Origin: Occultella glacieicola
GTDB lineage: Bacteria; Actinomycetota; Actinomycetes; Actinomycetales; Beutenbergiaceae
Direction: 5' to 3'
DNA length: 64,000 bases
Assembly: GCF_004353825.1 (NCBI RefSeq)
Contig: NZ_SMNA01000002.1
Span: 186,001 to 250,000, forward strand
The translations under genes and the position numbers were made by a program. Position 1 is the stretch's first letter; each line of letters begins with the position of its first letter. The notes beneath the pieces are model-generated. The model was given only the letters and a program-made list of their open reading frames with translations, made no database searches and was not told the origin of the DNA. This document shows positions 1-10,823 of the stretch, piece after piece.

Positions 1-593
1 TAGTCCAGGTTCACGCCGTCCACGTCGTAGGTGTCCGTGATCGAGGTGATCGCATCGACCACGTAGTCCACGGCGGCGGGGTTGGCCGGGTCGATGTAGG
101 AGTTGTTGCCGACCAGCTCGGTGCCGTCCTCGCGCTGGTTCAGCCACCGGTCGGCGCCGGTGGCCGAGGGCCCGTGCGCGTTGAACGCGTGCTCCGGGGA
201 GGTGGGCGGGGTGGCCGAGTTCCACAGGGTGGTGGCGTTCACCCAGGCGTGCACCTCGATCCCGGCGGCATGGGCGACCTCGATGATCTCCGCCAGCGGG
301 TCGTACGGCGCAGGGTCGATCGCGGCGTCGGTCCGCGGGTAGAGCGCGTCGTTGCAGAAGCAGTCGAACCTGCGCCCGACCTGCACGATCAGGGCGTTCG
401 CACCGAGGTCGCCGGCGTCCTCGACCAGCGCGGTCACCTGCTCGGGTGTGTAGATGCCGACGTTGAAGGCGTCGACCCAGAGTGCGCGGAACTGCTCGGA
501 CTGTTCTTCCGGTTCGTCGGCGGTGGCCGGACCGGCCAACGCCAGGGCCGGCACCATCGCCAGACCCAGGACTGCTGCGAGTGATCGTCGCAT
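1..593 (-). CDS. Secreted glycoside hydrolase family 10-like (GHL10/DUF187, YddW/DigH-like); 5' part only, runs off the window edge
   Basis: Manual translation from ATG 593: MRRSLAAVLGLAMVPALALAGPATA (signal peptide)-DEPEEQSEQFRALWVDAF...NALIVQV...YDPLAEIIEVAHAAGIEVHAWVN...YIDPANP...YDVDGVNLD; GGAGG RBS upstream. Not in the ORF track because it has no stop in the window. Confidence 0.8.
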   Translation of the reverse strand, partial: MRRSLAAVLGLAMVPALALAGPATADEPEEQSEQFRALWVDAFNVGIYTPEQVTALVEDAGDLGANALIVQVGRRFDCFCNDALYPRTDAAIDPAPYDPLAEIIEVAHAAGIEVHAWVNATTLWNSATPPTSPEHAFNAHGPSATGADRWLNQREDGTELVGNNSYIDPANPAAVDYVVDAITSITDTYDVDGVNLD

Positions 594-632
594 GTTCCCC
601 TCCAAGTATGAGATTGCTGTGATCGTCGATGA

Positions 633-1526
633 TCAGATCCCGGTGGCACCGGATCGGGTGCGGCTGTACCTCCTCTCCGTGACCGCGTCCCGGGTGGCCT
701 CCAAGGCCGCCTGGCTCGCGTCGTAGGTGCGTTGGGCGATCGCCACGAACACGCAGTCCACGACGGTGAGCTGAGCGAGGCGGCTGGCGGTCGCCCCGGA
801 CCGGAACGTGGTCTCCCGGGCGGCGGTGAGCAGCACATGGTCGGCTAGCCGCGCGATCGGGGACTCGGGGGCGTTCGTCAGGGCGACCGTGGTGGCGCCC
901 CGGGCACCGGCCAGACGCAGCGCCTCGACCGTGTCGATGGTGGTCCCGGTGTGGGAGATCCCGATCGCCACATCCCGCTCGCCGAGCAGTGCGGCCGACG
1001 TGAGGGCGAGGTGGGTGTCGGAGTGGGCGAACGCGACCCGCCCGATCCGGTGCAGTTTCTGCTGCAGGTCCGTCGCCACGGTGCCGGAGGCGCCGACGCC
1101 GTAGAGATCCACCTGCCGGGCCGCCACGATGGCCTCCACCACCGCCTCGAGTTCCGGGACGGACAGGGAGCGTGCGGTGTCCTCGACGGCGCGGGCGTCG
1201 GCGTAGGCGATCTTCGCGATCACGCTCGCCAGGTCGTCACCCGCGGCGATGTCACCGGTGCGCAGCTCCCGTTCGGCGGCGGCGTCCGTGCGCCCGGTCT
1301 CGGCGGCGAGGGCGAGCCGGAACTCCCGGTACCCGCCCAGACCCAGCACGTGGCACAGCCGCATCACCGTGGTCTGGCTGACCCCGCTCGCCGCGGAGAG
1401 ATCGGTGATGGTGGACCGGGCGGCCCGGCGCGGATCGTCGAGCACGTACTCGGCCACCCGGCGCATCGAGGGCTGGAACTGGTCCAGGCCCCCGCGCAGG
1501 CGCAGCACCATCGGGGCCTGGATCAT
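633..1526 (-). CDS. MurR/RpiR-family transcriptional regulator (HTH + SIS)
   Basis: TITDLSAASGVSQTTVMRLCHVLGLGGY HTH; YGVGASG, ISHTGTT SIS motifs; ATG overlaps murQ stop (ATGA). Confidence 0.9.
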   Translation of the reverse strand: MIQAPMVLRLRGGLDQFQPSMRRVAEYVLDDPRRAARSTITDLSAASGVSQTTVMRLCHVLGLGGYREFRLALAAETGRTDAAAERELRTGDIAAGDDLASVIAKIAYADARAVEDTARSLSVPELEAVVEAIVAARQVDLYGVGASGTVATDLQQKLHRIGRVAFAHSDTHLALTSAALLGERDVAIGISHTGTTIDTVEALRLAGARGATTVALTNAPESPIARLADHVLLTAARETTFRSGATASRLAQLTVVDCVFVAIAQRTYDASQAALEATRDAVTERRYSRTRSGATGI

Positions 1527-2485
1527 CCGTGACGTTCTCCACGGGCCGCGGCGACGGCCGAGCGCACCCCACCGGGATCGGCCGACCGGGTCGCGTCGGG
1601 CGGGAACTGGGCGATCAGCTCCCGCGCCTGGCTCACGTCGATCCCGGCGATCAGCGCCACCAGCGCGGTGCGCGGGTCCCCCGCCGCGGCCAGCACGGCC
1701 GCGCACCGCTCCGGGTCCTGGTCGGTGGCCTGGACCAGCATCCGCACGGTTCGGGCCCGGAGCTTCTGGTTCGTGGGGGCCACCTCGGTCATCAGGTTCG
1801 AGTACGTCTTGCCGAGCCGGACCATGACGGCGGTGGAGAACATGTTCAAGACCATCTTCTGCGCGGTGCCCGCCTTCATCCGCGTGGAGCCGGTGATCAC
1901 CTCCGGCCCGGTGTCGACCAGGACGGCCACGTCCACGCCGTCGGCCAGGGTGGCGCGGGGGTTCGTGGCGATCAGGGCGGTCCGGGCACCGCGCGCCCGG
2001 GCATGCTCGAGCGCCCCACCCACGTACGGGGTCCGCCCGCTGGCGGCGAGGCCGATGACGAGGTCCGCCGGCCCGATCTCGCCGAGGTCGGCCGCCCCCG
2101 CGGCCGGGTCGTCCTCGACGCCTTCCACGGCGTGCATCATGGCTCGGTCGCCACCGGCGAGGTGGGCGGCAACGGTCTCGGCGCCGACCCGGTAGGTGGG
2201 CAGCAGTTCGACGGCGTCGAGCACGCCGAGCCGGCCGGAGGTTCCGGCGCCGCTGTAGTGCACCCGCCCACCCGCGCCGAGGGCGGCAACGGCGAGATCG
2301 ACCAGGGCCGCGACCCGGTCGGCGACGGCTGCCACCGCGGTCAGCACGGCGGCGTCCTCCGTCACCATCAGCCGCACCAGCTCATCGGTGGGCAACCGAT
2401 CGAGGTCCTCGGTGCGGGGGTTGCGCTCCTCGGTGGGTGAGCGCAGGCCCAGCACCTCGCGCCAGTCGTGGGACGTCTCAGCCAT
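1523..2485 (-). CDS. murQ: N-acetylmuramic acid 6-phosphate etherase
   Basis: TEERNPRT, GAGTSGRLGVLDAVE, GPEVITGSTRMKAGTAQKMVLNMFST, NQKLRAR motifs. Confidence 0.95.
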   Translation of the reverse strand: MAETSHDWREVLGLRSPTEERNPRTEDLDRLPTDELVRLMVTEDAAVLTAVAAVADRVAALVDLAVAALGAGGRVHYSGAGTSGRLGVLDAVELLPTYRVGAETVAAHLAGGDRAMMHAVEGVEDDPAAGAADLGEIGPADLVIGLAASGRTPYVGGALEHARARGARTALIATNPRATLADGVDVAVLVDTGPEVITGSTRMKAGTAQKMVLNMFSTAVMVRLGKTYSNLMTEVAPTNQKLRARTVRMLVQATDQDPERCAAVLAAAGDPRTALVALIAGIDVSQARELIAQFPPDATRSADPGGVRSAVAAARGERHG

Positions 2486-2487
2486 GG

Positions 2488-3693
2488 TCAGCCTTCCTCG
2501 AGGACGAGTCGGTGCACCGGTACCCGTCCGGGCGGGCACGGTGCGGGAGCGGGCGGGGTCAACGAACCGAGCACGACGGCGGAACTCGCCCCGGTCGCTC
2601 GTCGTCGGCCCCCGGCGGGGGCCGTGCCGGGCAGACCGCGTGCCGACAGGTAGCCGAGCAGCGCGAACAGGTAGGCCTCCTTCGCCTCGGCCGCCAGCCC
2701 GAGCGTGTCGGAGGTGACCAGGCCCGGTAACCGTGAGCGTAGTCCGGCCATCAGGGTGGCGTTGCGCACACCGCCGCCGGACACGACGACCCGCTCGGTG
2801 CGGGGGCCGTCGCGGCCGATCGCCTCGGCGATGGTCCGGACCGTGAGTTCGGTGAGCGTGGCGAACAGGTCGTTGCCGGAGGGCACGGCCACCCCGGCGG
2901 CGCTCAGCACGACGCTGACGTATCCGCCGTCGAACGTCTCCCGACCCGTGCTCTTCGGCAGCGGACGGGCGTAGTAGGGGTCCGCGAGCAACGCGGCCAG
3001 GGCGCCCTGGTCGACACGACCGGCCCCGGCGAGCGCGCCGTCGGGGTCGAACGCGCGGCCGGTGTGCGTCGAGACGGCGGCGTCCAGGAGGCAGTTGCCG
3101 GGCCCGGTGTCCCCGGTGCGCACCACGCCGTCGCCGACCAGGGTGATGTTCGCGATGCCGCCGATGTTCAGGGCCGCGGTCGGACGATCGGCGAGCCAGA
3201 GCGCGTCCAGGAGGCTGACCAGCGGCGCACCCTGGCCGCCGGCGGCGATGTCGGCGGTGCGCAGATCATGGATGACCGGCCGGGCGGTCCGCGCCGCGAT
3301 CCACGCCGCCGCGCCGAGCTGCAACGTCCCCCGCGCCCGCCCGCCGCCCGCACCGTCGACCCCGGCACCGCCGTCGGGCACGGGCTCCACCCAGTGGTGC
3401 ACGGTCTGACCGTGGCTGACCACCAGGTCCACCGCCCCCCACGCCCCGATCGCCCAGGCGCCCACGTCCCCGAACGCCTGACCGATCTCGGTGTCCAACC
3501 GGCACACCTCGCCCAGGTCGGTGGCCGCGGGCGGGAGTGCGGCCAGGATCCGGGCCCGCAGCGGCGGGGGCCAGCCCCGCTCCGTGTGCGCCAGCGTCCG
3601 CATCCGGACCACGCCGCCGGCATCGTCGAGGTCGGCGAGTGCCACGTCGATGGCGTCGACCGAGGTACCCGAGCTCAGCGCGAGGACCCTCAT
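2488..3693 (-). CDS. anmK: Anhydro-N-acetylmuramic acid kinase
   Basis: MRVLALSSGTSVDAID, SHGQTVHH, DIAAGGQGAPL, LNIGGIANIT, DTGPGNCLLD, PKSTGRE, AKEAYLFA. Confidence 0.93.
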   Translation of the reverse strand: MRVLALSSGTSVDAIDVALADLDDAGGVVRMRTLAHTERGWPPPLRARILAALPPAATDLGEVCRLDTEIGQAFGDVGAWAIGAWGAVDLVVSHGQTVHHWVEPVPDGGAGVDGAGGGRARGTLQLGAAAWIAARTARPVIHDLRTADIAAGGQGAPLVSLLDALWLADRPTAALNIGGIANITLVGDGVVRTGDTGPGNCLLDAAVSTHTGRAFDPDGALAGAGRVDQGALAALLADPYYARPLPKSTGRETFDGGYVSVVLSAAGVAVPSGNDLFATLTELTVRTIAEAIGRDGPRTERVVVSGGGVRNATLMAGLRSRLPGLVTSDTLGLAAEAKEAYLFALLGYLSARGLPGTAPAGGRRRATGASSAVVLGSLTPPAPAPCPPGRVPVHRLVLEEG

Positions 3694-4526
3694 CCCTTCA
3701 CCGCCCCCGCGGTCAGGCCGGACGCGAGGCGGCGCTGGACCACCACGAAGAAGATCACGACCGGCACCGTGATCAGCGAGGAGGCCGCCATCACCGCACC
3801 CCAGTCCGCGGTGTTCTGGCCGAAGAACCGCTGCAGGCCGACGGCCACCGTGTACTTGTCCGCGTCCTGGAGGAACGTGAGCGCGAAGATGAACTCGTTC
3901 CAGGCGGTGATGAACGAGAACACGCTCGTGGCGACCACCCCGGGAGCCACCAGCGGCAGCAGCACGGACCAGAACATCCGGCCCCAGGAGGCGCCGTCCA
4001 TGTACGCGGCCTCCTCGATCTCGTTCGGTACGGCGGCCACGAAGCCGCGGAGCATCCAGACCGCGAACGGCAGGGAGAAGGCGAGGTAGACGATCACCAG
4101 CCCGAGGAGGCTGTTCAGCATCTGCAGGTTCCTCGCCTGCAGGAAAAGCGGGATCACCAGGGCCTCGAGCGGGACCATCTGCACGATCAGGATCAGCACC
4201 AGCACCGACGTGCGGAACCTGAACGTGAACCGCGCCACCGCCACCGCGGCGAGCAGCGCGACGCCCGCCGAGACGAACACGGTGCCGAGGGCGACGATCG
4301 CGGAGTTGCGCATGAACTGGCCGAACCCGCCGGTGTCGAGGACCCGGACGAAATGGTCCCAGGTCAGGTTCGTGGGGACCAACGTGGCGCCGCGGTGCGC
4401 GGCATCGGCGTCGACGGCGCTCGAGAACATCCAGTACGCGGGGAACAGCGCGAACGCCAGGATCGCGGCCACACCGAGGACCCTCCCGGCGGCGGACCAG
4501 GTGAGGGCGCCACCGGGGCGCCTCAC
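3690..4526 (-). CDS. Carbohydrate ABC transporter permease
   Basis: EIEEAAYMDGA EAA loop, AWNEF, multiple TM segments; GTGA overlap with upstream permease. Confidence 0.9.
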   Translation of the reverse strand: MRRPGGALTWSAAGRVLGVAAILAFALFPAYWMFSSAVDADAAHRGATLVPTNLTWDHFVRVLDTGGFGQFMRNSAIVALGTVFVSAGVALLAAVAVARFTFRFRTSVLVLILIVQMVPLEALVIPLFLQARNLQMLNSLLGLVIVYLAFSLPFAVWMLRGFVAAVPNEIEEAAYMDGASWGRMFWSVLLPLVAPGVVATSVFSFITAWNEFIFALTFLQDADKYTVAVGLQRFFGQNTADWGAVMAASSLITVPVVIFFVVVQRRLASGLTAGAVKG

Positions 4527-5494
4527 AGGTCCTCCTCCTTGAACAGGGTGCGCATGTAGACCACCGTGATGACGAGCAGGAGCCCGGTGAGCAGCACCGC
4601 GATGGCCGAGCCGAGCCCGTACTTGCCCTGGGCGAAGGACTGGATGTAGGACCAGACCCCGAGGTTGAAGACCTCCGCGTTGCCGCCGTTCCCACCGGGC
4701 ATCAGGTAGATCTGCGCGAACACCTTGAAGTCCCAGATCGTGGACAGGATCGTGACCACGGCGAACACCGGCTTGAGCATCGGTGCGGTGATCCGCCAGA
4801 ACCGGCGCCACGCGCCCGCCCCGTCCATGGTCGCCGCCTCGTAGAGCTCCTTGGGCACGGTGAGCAGGCCGGCGAGCACCGTCACGGCCACGAACGGGAA
4901 GCCGTGGTGCACCACGTTGAGAGTGGCGATGGCGTAGAAGCCGAGGCGATCCGTGTACCAGTTCACGGTGCCGGGCTCGATGACGCCGATCGCTGCCAGC
5001 GCGCTCGCCACGAGCCCGTTCAGCGGGTCGAAGAGCCAGATCCAGACGTAGGTTCCGGTGACTGCCGGCACCGCCCAGGCGACCATGATCGCCGTCGAGC
5101 AGACCGTCTTCCAGAACGTGCCGAGGATGTTCAGGAACAGAGCCACGAGGGTGCCCAGAACCACGGTCAGCACCACGCAGCAGACGGCGAATCCCACGGT
5201 GTTCGGTAGCACCACCGTCCACAGGTAGGAGTCGCCGAGGATCTCCGCGTAGTTCGCCCAGCCGACGTAGTTCGACTCCCCGGAGACCAGTTCGCGCAGC
5301 CCGTAGTCCTGGAAGGACAGGTTCACGACGCGCGCCAACGGCCACAGCAGCAGCACGGCGAGCACGACGAGGGTCGGTGCGAGCAGCAGCCAGGGGCGCG
5401 CCGCCCGCCGCCGGGTGGCCCGGCGCCGGTGCGCGTCCGGGGCCGGCCCGCGCGGCACGATCGGTGCCACGCGGGCCGTGGACGTGGAACTCAC
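4523..5494 (-). CDS. Carbohydrate ABC transporter permease
   Basis: ELYEAATMDGA EAA loop, IWDFKVF, TM segments. Confidence 0.9.
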   Translation of the reverse strand: MSSTSTARVAPIVPRGPAPDAHRRRATRRRAARPWLLLAPTLVVLAVLLLWPLARVVNLSFQDYGLRELVSGESNYVGWANYAEILGDSYLWTVVLPNTVGFAVCCVVLTVVLGTLVALFLNILGTFWKTVCSTAIMVAWAVPAVTGTYVWIWLFDPLNGLVASALAAIGVIEPGTVNWYTDRLGFYAIATLNVVHHGFPFVAVTVLAGLLTVPKELYEAATMDGAGAWRRFWRITAPMLKPVFAVVTILSTIWDFKVFAQIYLMPGGNGGNAEVFNLGVWSYIQSFAQGKYGLGSAIAVLLTGLLLVITVVYMRTLFKEEDL

Positions 5495-5495
5495 C

Positions 5496-6812
5496 TCAGG
5501 ACCCGGCGCTGAACGTCTCGTTCATGGCGGCGACCGCCTCCGCGGCCGCGTCCTCGACGCTCATCCTCCCGGTGAGGACGTTCTGGACCATGGCCTCGAC
5601 CGTCTTCGCACCCTGGATCTGCCCGAAGGCCGGGGTGAGCGGCACGGAGCGGCCCGCCTCCAGCATCTGCTGGGCGAACGGGGCGACCAGCGGGTCCTCG
5701 TCGGCTGCGATCTCGGCCAGGGCACTGGCCTGACCCGGGAAGTAACCGGTCTGCTCGGACCAGTCGGCGGCGGCCTGGCCGGTGCTCATCAGCTCGACGA
5801 ACTCCCAGGCGAGGTCCTGTTGGTCGGAGTCGGACCAGACCCCCAGGTGGGAGCCACCGAGGAACGAGCCGGCCGGACCGCCGTCGCGCGACGGGATCGG
5901 GAAGGCACCGATGCTCTCCATCAGGTCCGGGGCATCCTGCGCGATCCGGCCGACCGTCCAGTTGCCGGCGATGATCATCCCGACATTGCCCTGCTCGAAC
6001 GCGGCGAGCGCGTCCGCCTCGTTCCAGGTGTCCGCGGCGGCGGTGGACGATCCGTGCTCCAGCGCCAGGCCGGTGTAGTACTCGAGCCCTTCGATCGCTT
6101 CCGGGGAGTCGAGGGCGGCGGTCCAGGTGCCGTCGGACTCGGTCGCGATCTCACCTCCGGCGCCCCAGACGAACGGGTACAGGCTGTACTGGGAGTCACC
6201 CGGGATCGGGAACGGGATCACCTCCGGGTCGGAGGCCTTGAGCGCCTCCACGGCGGCGGTCAGCTCCTCCCAGTTCGTCGGTGGCCCGGCGATGCCCGCG
6301 GCCTCGAACAGATCCTTGTTGTAGATGATCGAGCGCACCCCGGCGTACCACGGCATGCCGTAGAGCGCGCCGTCGTAGGTCCCCGCCTCGGCGAGTCCCT
6401 CGACGAGATCACCGTCCAGACCGGCCCCCTCGATGCTGGCGGTCAGATCCGCGAGCACCCCGAGTTCGGCGAACTCCGCCGTCCAGGTGGTGCCCACCTC
6501 GGCCACGTCCGGGCCGGTGCCGCCCGCGATCGAGGTGACGAACTTGTCATGGGCGCCGTCCCAGGGCTGGAACTGGACGTCCAGTTCGGCTCCGGTACGC
6601 GCGGTGAACTCCTGCGCCACGCCGTCGAAGTAGCCCGTTGCGTCCGGGTTGGTGCCCTCCATGATCCAGACGGTGAGCGTCTGGCCCTCGTAGCCGCCGT
6701 CGTCGGCGCCACCGCCGGCATCGGTCGGGTCGTCGTCGCCGCCTCCGCCGCTGCAGGCCGCGAGCGCCAGGACGAGCGCGCCGGCCGTGAGTGCGGGAAT
6801 CGATCTCTTCAT
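5496..6812 (-). CDS. Sugar ABC transporter substrate-binding lipoprotein (family 1)
   Basis: MKRSIPALTAGALVLALAAC lipobox; GPDVAEVGTTW, YGMPWYAGVR, GGSHLGV. Confidence 0.9.
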   Translation of the reverse strand: MKRSIPALTAGALVLALAACSGGGGDDDPTDAGGGADDGGYEGQTLTVWIMEGTNPDATGYFDGVAQEFTARTGAELDVQFQPWDGAHDKFVTSIAGGTGPDVAEVGTTWTAEFAELGVLADLTASIEGAGLDGDLVEGLAEAGTYDGALYGMPWYAGVRSIIYNKDLFEAAGIAGPPTNWEELTAAVEALKASDPEVIPFPIPGDSQYSLYPFVWGAGGEIATESDGTWTAALDSPEAIEGLEYYTGLALEHGSSTAAADTWNEADALAAFEQGNVGMIIAGNWTVGRIAQDAPDLMESIGAFPIPSRDGGPAGSFLGGSHLGVWSDSDQQDLAWEFVELMSTGQAAADWSEQTGYFPGQASALAEIAADEDPLVAPFAQQMLEAGRSVPLTPAFGQIQGAKTVEAMVQNVLTGRMSVEDAAAEAVAAMNETFSAGS

Positions 6813-6893
6813 GCCGATTACTCCCTCGTGCCCGGCTGTCTTCCCCCGCCGGTCCAGGGTCGTGGTGCGCCGGCCACGTCGCCGACGCCCGTC

Positions 6894-6941
6894 ATGGTGA
6901 CTACTTCCTGGATCCCCTGCTAATTGGGAAACTATCATCAT
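6894..6941. promoter_or_regulatory. Candidate MurR/RpiR operator (imperfect inverted repeat) upstream of the MurNAc operon
   Basis: ATGGTGACTACTTCC (6894-6908) ... GGAAACTATCATCAT (6927-6941), an AT-rich imperfect inverted pair. Confidence 0.4.
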
Positions 6942-7106
6942 CCCGGGCACGGCAACAGTGCCGAGCCGAGGAGATCGGCCTTCGTCGGGTTACGGGCGGG
7001 CAAGGCGGCCTCGGTCACCGGGCCCGGATGCTCCGGCTCGACGCCGAGCACGGGGGCGCCACCGGCGTTGCCGCACCTCCCGCGGATGCTTGTTACGGTG
7101 GTCGCA

Positions 7107-7769
7107 ATGATCTCGGACCGGAAGCGTCGGCGTGCGGCCCGGCGGATCAAGCCCGGTGACGGGCGCCCCCTGAAACGGTTCCGATGGTGGCAGCCACTCT
7201 CGCGGACGCTGTTCCACCTCGAGCTGACCGGTGCTGCCGGCGAGCGGGAGACCTGGTCGGTCGACGTGCGCCTGTGGGGCGACTCGGACGGCGAGGTCCG
7301 AGCCCAGCTCTACCGCAACGGTGAGCACCACGCCGGATCCAAGCTTCCGGCGGTGTTCCCGGTGCCGGGCGGCTCGATCGAGGTCGTGGCCAGCAACTAC
7401 GGGCTGCGGCGCTGCCACTTCGTGGGCGACGACGGGTCGGTCCGGCAACTGACGCCGGATCCCACGTCCGCGGAGGGCCGTCGCGCGCGCCTGGAGCGCA
7501 CTCGTCCCGGTCTCAGCCGCACCATCGGGGTCGTCAGCGTGGCCATCCTGGTCGTGGCGCTGGTCCTTGGCGTCCCGCAGATCGTGGAGGAGATCTCCCG
7601 GATCCCGCCGGTCGCGGAGAACCTCGGCACCTTCACCTCACCGATCCAGCTCCCCGGATGGCTCAACATCACGCTCGTGGTCGCCGCCCTGGTTGCCAGC
7701 ACCGAGCGCGCCATGCGGCTGCGTTACCACTGGCTGCTCGATGGGGGGCTGTTCGACGGGGAGGGCTAG
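7107..7769 (+). CDS. Hypothetical membrane protein (two C-terminal TM helices)
   Basis: GC-rich third codon positions; TACGGT -10 seven nt before ATG; hydrophobic IGVVSVAILVVALVLGV and WLNITLVVAALVA. Confidence 0.7.
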   Translation: MISDRKRRRAARRIKPGDGRPLKRFRWWQPLSRTLFHLELTGAAGERETWSVDVRLWGDSDGEVRAQLYRNGEHHAGSKLPAVFPVPGGSIEVVASNYGLRRCHFVGDDGSVRQLTPDPTSAEGRRARLERTRPGLSRTIGVVSVAILVVALVLGVPQIVEEISRIPPVAENLGTFTSPIQLPGWLNITLVVAALVASTERAMRLRYHWLLDGGLFDGEG

Positions 7770-7821
7770 CGCCCGGCCGGGGGCCGACGTCGCGGACTCC
7801 CGCCCACCCGTCGAGCGAACC

Positions 7822-8283
7822 TCAGCCGCGCCGCCGGAACTCGATCGGCTGCTCGAGCAGCGGCTCGAGGGCGCCGCGCTCGTCGTCGGTGAGCCGGCGG
7901 GGGCGCCCGGTGGCGGCGTCGACCATGACGATCGACGTCGCCGCCCGGGCGCACACCTGACCATCGGGGCCGTGCACCTCGTAGCAGACCTCGAGGCTGG
8001 CCCCGCCGATCCTGCCGATCCACAGCTCGACGTGCACCGGTTCCTGGCGGTACTCCAGCGGTGCCAGGTACTCGATCTCCTGCCGGGCCACCAGCGTGTA
8101 GCTGGACGCGCCCGCTCCCCCGGCCAGCACCTTCGTGGCGGCCGACTCGTGGTCGTCGCCCGTGGCCCAGAACGTGGCGATGCGGGCCTCCTCGAGGAGG
8201 GTCAGCATCGCCGCGTTGTTGACGTGGCCGTAGGCGTCCAGATCCGCCCAGCGCATCGGCACCGGCACGGTGATCCGCGGCAC
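7822..8283 (-). CDS. Acyl-CoA thioesterase (4HBT/YbgC hot-dog family)
   Basis: MRWADLDAYGHVNNA motif; VARQEIEYLAPL. Confidence 0.9.
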   Translation of the reverse strand: MPRITVPVPMRWADLDAYGHVNNAAMLTLLEEARIATFWATGDDHESAATKVLAGGAGASSYTLVARQEIEYLAPLEYRQEPVHVELWIGRIGGASLEVCYEVHGPDGQVCARAATSIVMVDAATGRPRRLTDDERGALEPLLEQPIEFRRRG

Positions 8284-8287
8284 CCGA

Positions 8288-9970
<1,683 letters not shown>

Positions 9971-10158
9971 AACTCTCCCAGGACTGGATACGGGGTGATC
10001 AACCCCTAACCCTACGCACCGCGGCGCGGGATGTCGTATCGCGCCTTCGCCGGGGTCGGCCGACCACGCCGGAGCGGGCCCGCACCTGTGCACCGACGGT
10101 GCTCCGCGCCGTCGGCGGCGGTGCGGCCCCCACTTCCGCGCGGGCCGCACCCGCCCGC

Positions 10159-10698
10159 TCAGAACGGGGCCCCGACCTTCTCGACCAGGGACCGGCCGTC
10201 CTCGAACTCAGAGGTGTCGTCGCCGGCGTCCGCCTCCTCGAGGCCGTCGTCCTGGGGGTCCGGCGGCGCCTCCTCCTCGGACACCTCGTCCATGCCGGAG
10301 ACGTCCACGGTGACCTCACCCACCGAGCCGTCCCGCCGCACCTTCCGGACCGATGCCACCACGCGACTGAGTTCCAGTGCGAACGCGGTCGGGCGGATGA
10401 CCGGCTCCCAGGCGGTGCCACCGTCCTTGGTGGTGTACTCGTGGAAGGAGAGCCGGCCCTGGACGAGCACGGCGTCACCCTTGTGCACGCTCTCGGAGAT
10501 GTTGGTGGCGAGGTCCCCGTTCGCCTTGACGGAGTACCACTGGGTGGCGCCGTCCCTCCACTCCTGCGTCTTGCGGTCGAAGAAGCGGGGCGTCGTGGCG
10601 ACGCCCACGTTGACGAACGGCGGGCGACCGTCGTTGAGGTAGAGCGTGGGCGTTTGACCCACGTGTCCCTGGATCGTGACTTCGACGTCCTTCGGCAT
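10159..10698 (-). CDS. ssb: Single-stranded DNA-binding protein, second paralogue (SsbB-like)
   Basis: VTIQGHVG, ATTPRFFDRKTQEWRDG.TQWYSV, SVHKGDAVLVQGRL; acidic tail ending APF. Confidence 0.88.
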   Translation of the reverse strand: MPKDVEVTIQGHVGQTPTLYLNDGRPPFVNVGVATTPRFFDRKTQEWRDGATQWYSVKANGDLATNISESVHKGDAVLVQGRLSFHEYTTKDGGTAWEPVIRPTAFALELSRVVASVRKVRRDGSVGEVTVDVSGMDEVSEEEAPPDPQDDGLEEADAGDDTSEFEDGRSLVEKVGAPF

Positions 10699-10823
10699 GA
10701 TCGATTCCTTCGCTCGGACCGGCGTGTTCCGGTGGGTTCAAGCGTGGAACCCGGCACCCCGAACCGGGCCTGCCCGGGAACCGGCTGGGGAAGGACCGGC
10801 ATCGCGGGCCCGGCTGTGGATCG

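Noticed and set aside
2488..4695. 735-aa ORF suggesting an AnmK fusion
   Set aside because: The upstream part overlaps the permease in another frame; AnmK begins at 3693 with an ATGA overlap
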